Below are positions 1-20,500 of a stretch of DNA of 64,000 bases, piece by piece; position 1 is the stretch's first letter; every line of letters starts with the position of its first letter. Position numbers and translations under genes: made by a program. Source of the DNA: Macrostomum lignano (taxonomy: Eukaryota); NCBI GenBank assembly GCA_002269645.1, contig NIVC01001979.1, positions 124,001 through 188,000 of the forward strand. Direction: 5' to 3'. The notes beneath the pieces were generated by a model. That model was not told where the DNA came from and made no database searches. It saw only the letters and a list, made by a program, of their open reading frames with translations.

Positions 1-1072
1 CAAAGAATAATAGTTTTTAGCAAAAACAGTTACTTTAGAGTTTAGTGAAACTCTTATAATTTTTTAAGAATATTTTCTCTAAAAAATGTAGTACTCAAGC
101 TACTTTACACTTAAAGTAAAACTTTTTAATTTACGTTGGCATAGAATTGAAAAACTAGAAATTTCATTTTTTAGCACATGGGCCATGATTTGCATTATTA
201 CTTATTTTTATAGCTGGCATGCGCTTGCGCACTGCTCCAAAAATGTGCGCACACATTTTCCTAGGTACCCCCAAGCGAGAATTCCATCCTGGCTACCCAT
301 GTGTAATACAGATGATTGATGATATAGACTATAGTGTGCAATATAGGGCAATGTTCAACATAGCATAGCAAATATAAAAAAGATAGGGCCTAAAATGTAG
401 GCCTCTACATTTAAAATAAAAACCATTCATACTGTTACTGTGAAAAACACAATGTTTAAAAGGTTAAGTTAAAAATAAACATTTCTACTATTTCATTACA
501 TTTGAAAAAAATTTAATAAATATAACACCTAGAATAGATTTTAGAATAAAAGAGCAAAATACCTAGAGTAGATTAAAATGTTATGATTTTAAAATCCTGA
601 CGAGTTACAAATCAAAGAACCAGTTAAAATGGGGCTTTATGCCCTAGTTTTTAGGTTTTAGTTTTCTTTAATTTGCTATTGAGCTCGAAAAATTTTTCTT
701 AGGCCCTAACTACTGTCTTGACGTACGTAAGCAAGGTGTTTAAGCTAAGTTTATCCACGAATTTTTTATCACAGCTTGTAAAAATTGTAATGCCTCGAAA
801 AGTTTTGCTAGGATTGGCTAGGATAGGATGAGGGTCCTTATCACTTATTCTGTTACTAGCTTTAATCCCGTCAATCCAACTCTAACTACGAGCCGCGTAA
901 ATGCTCATATTGTTGAACTAGATGATGATGATTGACTACTACTGACGTCCGTATCAAACTAAAATGCAAGAAATTAGTTCAAAATATATGTTCTACGTAG
1001 AGCAGTAAAACTAAACAAACAACCTTTGTTATTCTTATTGATTGATTTGCGATAAACTACCATAGCTAAAAA

Positions 1073-1106
1073 GGTCTCTTACTGAGAAGACTCAATTTAT
1101 TGCATG
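1073..1106 (+). other. Spliced-leader (SL) exon-like sequence, dispersed copy
   Basis: GGTCTCTTACTGAGAAGACTCAATTTATTGCATG matches the recalled Macrostomum SL (..CGGTCTCTTACTGCGAAGACTCAATTTATTGCATG) with 1 mismatch. It ends in ATG as flatworm SLs do and is followed by TTAG rather than a GT donor. Confidence 0.75.
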
Positions 1107-1366
1107 TTAGCTATAACTCTCACGCCCAGTAGCGATGTCCAGGTTTGTCGCTCCTGAGCCCGGACCTCAGGCAGGGTCCATATGAGCCTTTTCATATTGC
1201 TTGTTCTTGTTCTGGAACCAGATCAAATTTGTAAAGTATTACTTTTTGTCGCCTAAACTAAAGGGATATTCTTGCTATAAGTTACACGAGCTAGTTATTG
1301 AATGGCAAGAAGAATTAGAAGAGAGTTTAAAATTATGCAATTACATTACATTACATTACAACGACG

Positions 1367-3900
1367 CTAGGGTCGGGGGGCGCTGGCGCGCACACGATTG
1401 CGAAAAAGAGGGGCAGGGCAGGTCGCAGCAGTCTGGGGAGTCAGTCCAATTGCCTCCAGGTCGGCAACAAGTGTCAGCTCCCGGAGCGTCTGGGTCCGCC
1501 CTTGGCCGCGACGGAACCGTTCGGTCGGCGGGTGCAGAACGGCCAGTCTGAGCGGGTTGTCGTCGCCGCGGGCGAACCGCCGCAGGCAGTGTCCCAGCAG
1601 CAGGTTGCGGTGCATTGCGTCCAGGGCCCGTTTGCGCATGGTTGTCATCGGGACAGCCTCCATGCCGTAGAGAATTGGATCGGCTCTACAGGCGCGGAAC
1701 AGGTGGATCTTCAGGTCGTCCCACGCTCCGGAGGTGAAGATCGGCCTGAGGTGGTGTATGGCGCGCCAGGCCTGGGTCCTCCTGTCCGCGATGATCGCCT
1801 CTGGGCTCATCACGAGGGTGCCTAGGTAGCGGAAGTCGCTGCACGTTGAGATGGCCTCGCCGTTGGGCAGGGTCAGCGGTGGGGCATTGTCAGCACCCAC
1901 ATGCAGCACCTCTGTCTTGCCTGCGTTAATCTGCAGGCCGATCCGTCGAGCGCCTTCCTCGGAGAGTCGAGTAAGAGCGTGCTGAGCTGCTACAGTGTCT
2001 CGGCACAGCAGCGCGATGTCATCAGCTGTCATCTCTGGAGTCAACGAACGCCTTGGAGTTGTGGTACAGGTCCATAACTGCCGTCACCAGGGTGTCGGGG
2101 ACGCCGCACTGAGCCAGAAGCCAGGCTAAAGCCGCCCTGCTCACAGAGTCGAAGGCCTTCCGGAAGTCAACGAAGACGATAGACACGGCTCGAAGACGAG
2201 TCTTGCAGGTTTCGACAATGCACTGAATGGCACAATCTGCTCCGTGGTGGATCTGCCTGGCCTGAAGCCGCTTTGGAGCTCGAGCGGCAGCGAGTTCAGG
2301 ACAGGAAGGAGCCGATTGCGCAACACTGCGTTCAGCAGCTTCGGCAGCGTGCACTCCAGTGCGATGCCGCGTTGGTTCTCAAGGCTCGTGGAGGCGCCCT
2401 TCTTCGGGATGGAGACAATTCTTGAAGTACGCCAGAGGAAAGCGGCCGTGGCAGCTGGGTCGCCGCCGAGACAGCAGTACTTGTTCAGGATGCTAGTAAT
2501 GCTGTCTGTGAGCTCTGGCAACTTCAGAACCCTGGGAGGCACTCGGTCGACTCCAGAGGCAGCGTCAGCGCGCATGCTCTTCAGCGCCTTGGTAACTTCC
2601 GCGGCGGTGATCGAGCCGGTGTAGAAGTCGCCATGCTGGGCTGGGGTGAAGCCGGCGGTGGGGAGAAAGGGAGACGTCGGGGAGGGGGCATTTAAAACTT
2701 GCCGGTAGTGGTCGACAAGCAGGCTCTTTCTTTGCTCGGTGAACTCATCGCCAACGACTGTGGTCGGACGAGGTCCTGTGAGGCGGTTGATTGCTCGCCA
2801 GGCAGCGATGTGCCGGCAGTTGTCGGTGGCGGTCTTGATTTCATGGACCACCTCCTCAATAAACACTTCAGTTCGTTGGGCGTACGTCACCTGCAGGTTG
2901 TCTCTGGCAAGTCTAGCCTGGTCGCTGTCTTCGCCGTAACGCGCAGCGGCGCTCTGTGCAGAGCGTCTGGCAGTGGCGATCACGGGGTCGCAGTCCCAAA
3001 GTGCCCTTGGCTGGTGTCCTATTTGTCTAGGCAGAACTGACGCTGCCGACCCGACGGCACTCGCAAAGGCCTCAGCTGTCTCAGTGATTGCGGGTCTCGC
3101 GTTGGAGAGCTCGGTCAGGAAGGCAGTGCGAGTCTCTGGGTTCCTCAGGTCTGCCCAGAGAGGCTTCGGCGGGGGGGGGCGTCTGAATCTCGTCCAAGAG
3201 AGGTTTAGTTCGCAGGCAACCAAGCTGTGGTCGGAAGCGACGCATCTGGGGCGGATGTTGATCACTCTGCGCACCCTAGAACGCATTGGGAAAAGGCAGA
3301 GGATCCAGTCCAGCCTTTTCGTTCTGCCGTTTGGGCCGAAGAAAGTCAGGAAGCTCCGCACCGGAGCTTCGCGAGCCGCTGCCGTAAAGAGCCATTCACT
3401 CCGACGAGGTTCCTAGACTGGATGAAGGTCTCCAGGAGGGCGGAGTTGGCGTTGGGCACGCCCCAGTTGTTCTTCACCAGGCGGCCATCAGGGGGCAGGG
3501 GCGCATTGAAGTCTCCAGCCACAAATATAAGGTCGCGAGCCGGGATTGAGTCCAGGAGGTGGCCAAGCCTGTCGTACAGGTCTTCAGTCTCGGCGGGGTC
3601 CTCGCTGGTCCTGGGGGCAGTGGGGGCGTAGATGCAGGCGACGTGCAACCGTCGGTTGCCTACGGAGAAAGTCACGTGGCCGAGTCGGTTTGTCAGGAAG
3701 CTGATGTTCAGCAGGGCTCTGGGTGCTGCTGGCGAGAGTAAAAAGCCAATGCCTCCTGTGCCACTGAGCGAGGCGGGCGCAGCTTTGAACCGCCACCCGA
3801 GGCCCAGATCGGCGCTCTCGTCAGTGGCCCTGCTATGCTCCTGAACTGCCAGGATGGAGATCTGCAGGTCGGAGGCCAGGCGAGCTAGCTCCTGCAGCCG
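1367..3900 (-). pseudogene. APE endonuclease-reverse transcriptase ORF of the RTE element (frameshifted; central RT segment deleted near 2040)
   Basis: ORF pieces 3346-3675, 2141-3361, 2022-2354 and 1367-2044 are collinear parts of one APE-RT polyprotein. The QGD-containing RT motif is missing between 'SKAFV' and 'ADDIA'. Confidence 0.85.
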
Positions 3901-4224
3901 CAGCTTGACAGGCAGATGGTGGGCCTGGCACCTGGGGATCTCTTCGTCGCTAGCATGTGCAGTGCGGGGGGGTCACACTTGGATGGATGTCTGGCCCTCT
4001 CGGCTCCGGCTGGGCAGGCTGCGAGTCCGGGTGAGGGCGGTGGCGGCGGGCAGCAGCACGAAGCTCCTTGCGCCGAGCATTGAAGCGCTGTTTGCGGCGC
4101 TCAGAAGCAGTCGGTGAGTCGCCAGCTTAGTTGCCGCACAGCCCGAGGGCGGCAACACCGTTGGCACCTGGCCCGCAGGAACGGCCGGAGGTGGGCGGCT
4201 CTAATTTACAATTGCTCAGAGTAA

Positions 4225-4268
4225 CATGCAATGAATTGAGTCTTCGCAGTAAGAGACCGTCTTTATGG
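4225..4268 (-). other. Complete 44-nt SL exon forming the 5' end of the RTE copy
   Basis: Minus strand reads CCATAAAGACGGTCTCTTACTGCGAAGACTCAATTCATTGCATG, 2 mismatches to the recalled SL CCGTAAAGACGGTCTCTTACTGCGAAGACTCAATTTATTGCATG. It is joined directly to the element body with no GT donor. Confidence 0.8.
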
Positions 4269-4419
4269 TCTCTTCTCTACCGTCTTCACGGTCTCTAAAA
4301 TTATGCAAGTGAGGCTGTTAAGGCAGTCAAACATTCAACAAAATTAAATATATTTATACTACTTTTTTATTGGAAGATCCGAACCGATTCTGGTTCTGGA
4401 ATTGGTAATGTGAAAAGTC

Positions 4420-4712
4420 TACATGAGAATTTCCCGCCGAGATTTGCCACGTGCATTTTGCCCGCGAGTGAATTGCCCGCAGAACTTTGCCCACAATGCT
4501 TTTTTCCTGCAACGTATTTAGCCACGCGGCAGATTTTGTCTGCGTTGCCTCCCAATGCTTTAGTATTCTTAAGCAGTTATACCATCGATCTAGGTTTTGA
4601 TCGGGTAAATCTCCCTCATTGAATTCTAAGCATTGTAGGCAAACCTCGGCGGGCAAATCTCCTGGCGGGCACATCTCGGCGGGAAAAATTTGTTTGCGGG
4701 CAATTCGACAAA
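4420..4712. repeat. Imperfect palindromic (MITE-like) segment
   Basis: Motifs GAATTGCCCGC and TTCCCGCCGAGAT at 4424-4480 recur as reverse complements at 4645-4710. Confidence 0.45.
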
Positions 4713-5009
4713 CAGGTGACAAAACGGTGTCGCCGTCACTGTCGTGACTGTCGGGGCGGCAACTGAGCTGGAGACCCACAGTGGACGCCGAAGTGAGCTG
4801 GACTCTGCGCGCCGCCGGCAGCGCTTTAATTTTTGGCGCTAGGAGCTCCGCACCGGAGCCCCGAGGGCCAGCACCTCCACCCCAACCGGCAACCCGCCGC
4901 AATGCACGCGCAAGCAAAACAGACGCAGAGACGAGCCGACCAACCAACACTTTTGGCCCAGATTCGGCTCGCCAACTTTTAACACCCGCGCACCCTGATC
5001 AGTCACCCG

Positions 5010-5460
5010 CTGTAGGCTGCAGCTGGAGCTGACCCGGTTGGCGGCCGACTGCTGGGCATCTCAGTTCTGGCTGTCCAAGAGCATCGCAGGAGCACGGACG
5101 AAAGCGCAGGCCTGGGCCTCGGTGGCGGCCTTGAATTGGCTTCGGGGGTGTTGGCTTCCTGCCCTCGCCCGCCGCTTCCAATGCAAAGCCCTGCTGGACA
5201 TCCGGCCGGTTTCCCCTCTTAAGCGCCTTGGTCAAGCGGCTTTTGCCCTGAAGGACAGGCGCGCCTGCATGTTGTCTGCGTGTATGCCCCGATAGCCCCT
5301 TGCACCAGCAAGAATCCCGCAGAGACTGAGGTCCTCTACGATACCCTGGTCACCTGCTGGATCTAATTCCATCCCGCGATATCTTGTTTTCGTTGTCGGT
5401 GACTTCAATGCGCCTTTGCCGGCTGATGGCCGCCTGGTGAAGAATTTCTCAAGAATTACC
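5010..5460 (+). mobile_element. Degenerate fragment of a related RTE element (APE domain)
   Basis: Frameshifted homology to the 1341-4295 element (..LAVQEH.., LHVVCVYAP, VVGDFNAPLPADGRLVKN). Confidence 0.75.
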
Positions 5461-6293
5461 GATCGCCAAGTCTGCCTATCTGTCCAGCTTCACCCAGGCA
5501 AGGACCACTAGATGTTACCGTTGTATCAGGACGTAACAGTCTTCTTAAATATTGCAAAAATATTTGAGGGCCTGTCTGTTTGAAGCATCAGCTAAATGTT
5601 ACGAGCGCTAGAAATAAAAGAGAAATATTCGCTCACGCCAGTGCGGTTGCACTCCTGAAAGCAGGCAGAGAGACCAAAGGAACATATGCGTGACGGAAAT
5701 TTCCAATCAACCTCTTTCCCCAGCAGAAAAAATTAAAGATGTGACACAAAATTTGAAGCTGGGAATACAAAAATAATCTCTACACATCATGCATGAATAC
5801 GCAAATGTCTATTTGCGCCTCCAAAATGCCTTGAAAATGCACAACCCATACCATTTATTTAGCTTACATTTATACTCGTACAAGTAAATTAATTCAAGGA
5901 ATCACATGTAGCTATATATAATACACGTTCGCACTCGTGCAAAAGGTCAATAAGCATTTGCCTTCAATTTTGCTGAATCATTTTAATTCACCGCATTCTC
6001 AATAGTATCTGTAGGGCCGGGCCAGTTCTCCGCATGGTCGAATATAAAGAAACAACTAAAATTTCAACGAAGAAGTGGCAAAAATTCGCAAAACGCCTAA
6101 GGTGCGTGACCTATCTTGTGAGCCTGTAGGACCATAAGGCGAATCTCCCAGCAGACTGCACTCAGTTCGGATCGATATAAAAGCTAGGGAATGTTCAACT
6201 AGGACGTGTCGGAATCAAACTTTTAATACTTCGGGAAGCCAGCTGCACCTTTGTTAATTTGATTTCTAGCTAGCACGCCAGGATCGAGGCAGA

Positions 6294-15212
<8,919 letters not shown>

Positions 15213-15379
15213 GCAAGCTTTGAGCACAATAGCCGATTGTGACTTCTCTGACTTGGACAGTGAAATACAGTCTATAAGCTGTTAATTTCCAAATATGATC
15301 TCTGACGCAAAATGTTCTGAGTCCCTCTTAAAACTTCATTTTTAATTTTTATAACGTAATTTAGCTCCTGGCACTACCC

Positions 15380-15826
15380 CACCTGTATCCTCAGCTGTCT
15401 GTCACCTCTACCACACCTGTATCCTCAGCTGTCTGTCACCTCTACCACACCTGTATCCTCAGCTGTCTGTCACCTCTACCCCACCTGTATCCTCAGCTGT
15501 CTGTCACCTCTACCACACCTGTATCCTCAGCTGTCTGTCACCTCTACCTCACCTGTATCCTCAGCTGTCTGTCACCTCTACCTCACCTGTATCCTCAGCT
15601 GTCTGTCACCTCTACCTCACCTGTATCCTCAGCTGTCTGTCACCTCTACCACACCTGTATCCTCAGCTGTCTGTCACCTCTACCACACCTGTATCCTCAG
15701 CTGTCTGTCACCTCTACCTCACCTGTATCCTCAGCTGTCTGTCACCTCTACCTCACCTGTATCCTCAGCTGTCTGTCACCTCTACCACACCTGTATCCTC
15801 AGCTGTCTGTCACCTCTACCTCACCT
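15380..15826. repeat. 34-bp minisatellite CACCTGTATCCTCAGCTGTCTGTCACCTCTACCW
   Basis: About 13 near-identical tandem units. Confidence 0.95.
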
Positions 15827-15880
15827 TTTCTGTAACCCAAAGCCACATACAGCTCTGCATATTTTCAGAGTTCAGGCGCC

Positions 15881-17317
15881 ATGAGAATTTCACTGAGTCT
15901 GGCCTCGCTTCTGCTTGTACTCGTAATTGCAACGGCGGTGGTACATGCGCAGGAGGACTCTACTCGCCTTGTCCGCAAACGAAGGCGTCTCGACCAACTG
16001 GCCCGCGTACTGAGCGCTGCCACGGGCCAGAGCTACGCGAGTTACGTCGGCTACGGAAACTACTGCGGCAAAGAGGGCAGCGGACAGCCGGTCGATAAAA
16101 TTGACGCGTGAGTGTGGCACGAACGCATGATTAGGGTGCGTGTAGCTTTACTGGATTAATAGCCGAGTGTATATAGAGTTAATATTGGGTAAGATTGGGT
16201 CTAATACGTGTCTCTGTGATGTTCTGTCGGATAAATACCTGTCTAGATGGTGTTCTGTTGGATAAATACCTGTCTAGATGGTGTTCTGTTGGATAAATAC
16301 CTGTCTAGATGATGTTCTGTTGGATAAATACCTGTCTAGATGATGTTCTGTTGGATGAATACCTGTCTAGATGGTGTTCTGTCGGATAAATACCTGTCTA
16401 GATGGTGTTCTGTTGGATAAATACCTGTCTAGATGGTGTTCTGTTGGATAAATACCTGTCTAGATGGTGTTCTGTTGGATAAATACCTGTCTAGATGGTG
16501 TTGGTGTTCTGTTGGATAAATACCTGTCTAGATGATGTTCTGTTGGATAAATACCTGTCTAGATGGTGTTCTGTTGGATAAATACCTGTCTAGATGGTGT
16601 TCTGTTGGATAAATACCTGTCTAGATGTGTTCTGTTGGATAAATACCTGTCTAGATGGTGCCCAGCTTGATAAATGCATGTGCTCAACTCATCATCGAAT
16701 GCATCGACAATTCCAGCTGCTGCTTACAGCACGATCACTGCTACGACAGACTGAACGCCAAAGACAAAAGGAACCAGTGCGGCTTCTTGTTCGGCACGTA
16801 CATAACAGCGTACTCGTACCAGAATGCGGACAACGGGCTGATACTCTGCGGTAAGAATTCAGAGGCAGCTCTGCGGTAAACCCGCCTGACTCTCGCGTCA
16901 GAACCCCTGGTTCGACCCACATTCATTTGGGTTGTTTGTGCATGAAAATTGTCCTGCGGGTTGTTTACGTGTTATTAAAACCCCCTTTGTGTGCACCCTT
17001 TGTGAGCGGTGTATTAGAGCGTGCCTGCGTACAGCACACCGGAAAGAAAGCAGAATCCTGCCACTGAACTGCTGTTCCATCCTCAGTGATCCTTCAAATT
17101 TTCAGTTGACAACGGCAAAACTGCCAAATCCAAGTGCAAGCGAGAGCTGTGCCGGTGCGACCTGGAGTTCGTGCGCTGCCTCCAGCCAGTCCAGCACCTG
17201 TACAACACGGCCAACTTAAAACGCCAGAAGGCGCAGCGAGTTATGGCGGGGATTGTGGAAAAAACTGGACGGCTGTTTAGAAATGCGAAGGACACGATTT
17301 TGTCCTGGATTGGTTGA
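15881..17317 (+). CDS. Secreted phospholipase A2, copy 2; exons 15881-16107, 16717-16850, 17106-17317
   Basis: Signal peptide, RKRRR site, YGNYCGKEG, CCLQHDHCY and LCRCD. Same intron positions and phases as copy 1. 10 Cys. Ends ..DTILSWIG-stop. Confidence 0.92.
16221..16660. repeat. 31-bp minisatellite GTTCTGTTGGATAAATACCTGTCTAGATGGT (PLA2-2 intron 1)
   Basis: Tandem units. Confidence 0.95.
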
Positions 17318-17504
17318 AGCTGGTTGACAACTGGCAAAATTTTCTGCATAGCATAACCAGATGCCGATGGTTGAACAAAACTTTACAAATAAATAAATCC
17401 TTGCTACTCGGAGACACTTATAATTACTTATAAAACCATAGTACTTGACTTATTGTACTTGGATTATGGGGTTAAAAATACACACACACATTCAGCCAAA
17501 ACAT

Positions 17505-20500
17505 TCTGCAAGCAAACATCCTGCAGACACAAGCATCTATCCTGCAGACACAAGCATCTATCCTGCAGACACAAGCATCTATCCTGCAGACGCAAACATC
17601 CTGCAGACGCAAAAATCCTGCAGACGCAAACATCCTGCAGACACAAGCATCCTGCAGACACAAGCATCTATCCTCCAGACACAAACATCCTGCAGACGCA
17701 AACATCTATCCTCCAGACACAAACATCCTGCAGACGCAAACATCCTGCAGACACAAACATCCTGCAGACACAAACATCCTGCAGACACAAGCATCTATCC
17801 TGCAGACGCAAACATCCTGCAGACACAAACATCCTGCAGACACAAACATCCTGCAGACACAAACATCCTGCAGACACAAGCATCTATCCTGCAGACTTTT
17901 TTTATTAGAGGCAGGGGGTGTGTGCACCCTGGTGCACTTTAAGCGACATAGGCACACAACCGGCGAGAGGCATTACTGCCCATTCTGCCGACTCCCCTGA
18001 GCAGGCATACAAACGCGCGGATACGTACGCAGGCACACACTCACACAGGAGTGTACAGCGGCCCTAACTTTATATTATCGTTAGGCATGTACACTTCACT
18101 GCGCCTTGGGGGGTTGGCTCTCAAGGCCGTTAATTGCACGAGCAGAGCCAAGCCGAGATTCCAATTCAGCCCCAAATTAATGTGACTGCACTTGGAATCG
18201 AGCCTGGGTCGCTGGCACACCAGAGCCTGCGCTACCGCTGGGCTACGGCCCCCCTATATCCTGCAAACACAAACATCCTGCAGACACAAACATCCTGCAG
18301 ACACAAACATCCTGCAGACACAAACATCCTGCAGACACAAACATCCTGCAGACACAAACATCCTGCAGACACAAACATCCTGCAGACACGAACATCCTGC
18401 AGACACAAACATCCTGCAGACACAAACATCCTGCAGACACAAACATCCTGCAGACACAAGCATCCTGCAGACACAAGCATCCTGCAGACACAAACATCCT
18501 GCAGACACAAACATCCTGCAGACACAAGCATCCTGCAGACACAAACATCCTGCAGACACAAACATCCTGCAGACACAAACATCCTGCAGACACAAACATC
18601 CTGCAGACACAAACATCCTGCAGACACAAACATCCTGCAGACGCAAACATCCTGCAGACACAAACATCCTGCAGACACAAACATCCTGCAGACACGAACA
18701 TCCTGCAGACACAAACATCCTGCAGACACAAACATCCTGCAGACACAAACATCCTGCAGACGCAAACATCCTGCAGACACAAACATCCTGCAGACACAAA
18801 CATCCTGCAGACACAAACATCCTGCAGACACGAACATCCTGCAGACACAAACATCCTGCAGACACAAACATCCTGCAGACACAAACATCCTGCAGACACA
18901 AACATCCTGCAGACACAAACATCCTGCAGACACAAGCATCCTGCAGACACAAACATCCTGCAGACACAAACATCCTGCAGACACAAGCATCCTGCAGACA
19001 CAAACATCCTGCAGACACAAGCATCCTGCAGACACAAACATCCTGCAGACACAAACATCCTGCAGACACAAACATCCTGCAGACACAAACATCCTGCAGA
19101 CACAAGCATCCTGCAGACACAAGCATCCTGCAGACACAAGCATCCTGCAGACACAAGCATCCTGCAGACACAAACATCCTGCAGACACAAGCATCCTGCA
19201 GACACAAAAATCCTGCAGACACAAACATCCTGCAGACACAAAAATCCTGCAGACACAAACATCCTGCAGACACAAACATCCTGCAGACACAAGCATCCTG
19301 CAGACACAAGCATCCTGCAGACACAAACATCCTGCAGACACAAACATCCTGCAGACACAAGCATCCTGCAGACACAAAAATCCTGCAGACACAAACATCC
19401 TGCAGACACAAAAATCCTGCAGACACAAACATCCTGCAGACACAAACATCCTGCAGACACAAGCATCCTGCAGACACAAGCATCCTGCAGACACAAACAT
19501 CCTGCAGACACAAACATCCTGCAGACACAAGCATCCTGCAGACACAAAAATCCTGCAGACACAAACATCCTGCAGACACAAACATCCTGCAGACACAAGC
19601 ATCCTGCAGACACAAGCATCCTGCAGACACAAACATCCTGCAGACACAAACATCCTGCAGACACAAACATCCTGCAGACACAAACATCCTGCAGACACAA
19701 GCATCCTGCAGACACAAACATCCTGCAGACACAAGCATCCTGCAGACACAAGCATCCTGCAGACACAAACATCCTGCAGACACAAACATCCTGCAGACAC
19801 AAACATCCTGCAGACACAAGCATCCTGCAGACACAAGCATCCTGCAGACACAAACATCCTGCAGACACAAACATCCTGCAGACACAAACATCCTGCAGAC
19901 ACAAGCATCCTGCAGACACAAACATCCTGCAGACACAAGCATCCTGCAGACACAAGCATCCTGCAGACACAAACATCCTGCAGACACAAACATCCTGCAG
20001 ACACAAGCATCCTGCAGACACAAACATCCTGCAGACACAAACATCCTGCAGACACAAACATCCTGCAGACACAAACATCCTGCAGACACAAGCATCCTGC
20101 AGACACAAACATCCTGCAGACACAAACATCCTGCAGACACAAACATCCTGCAGACACAAACATCCTGCAGACACAAACATCCTGCAGACACAAGCATCCT
20201 GCAGACACAAACATCCTGCAGACAAAAACATCCTGCAGACACAAGCATCCTGCAGACACAAACATCCTGCAGACACAAGCATCCTGCAGACACAAGCATC
20301 CTGCAGACACAAACATCCTGCAGACACAAGCATCCTGCAGACACAAGCATCCTGCAGACACAAACATCCTGCAGACACAAACATCCTGCAGACACAAACA
20401 TCCTGCAGACACAAACATCCTGCAGACACAAGCATCCTGCAGACACAAACATCCTGCAGACACAAACATCCTGCAGACACAAACATCCTGCAGACACAAA

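Larger units (their letters stand above)
1341..4295 (-). mobile_element. RTE-clade non-LTR retrotransposon, both ends intact, internally decayed, SL at 5' end
   Basis: 13-bp TSD TAAAATTATGCAA at 1328-1340 and 4296-4308. (TGTAA)4 3' tail (TTACA x4 at 1341-1360). APE motifs (LAVQEH, CIYAP, VAGDFNA, SDHSLV) and RT motifs (QSGFRPGRST, FVDFRKAFDSV, ADDIALL, FRYLG) are spread over frameshifted ORFs. Confidence 0.93.

Noticed and set aside
1180-1260. ~80-bp similarity to 58831-58910 (inverted)
   Set aside because: Real, but it looks like an ordinary old interspersed repeat fragment with no definable ends.
1073-4258. 37-bp inverted repeats flanking the RTE read as DNA-transposon TIRs
   Set aside because: Both are SL-like sequences. 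One lies inside the LINE's own TSD, and there is no TSD outside the pair.
15380-16660. 30-40-bp direct-repeat arrays as possible CRISPR
   Set aside because: The units are head-to-tail with no unique spacers, the context is eukaryotic, and there are no cas genes. The same applies to the other minisatellites.
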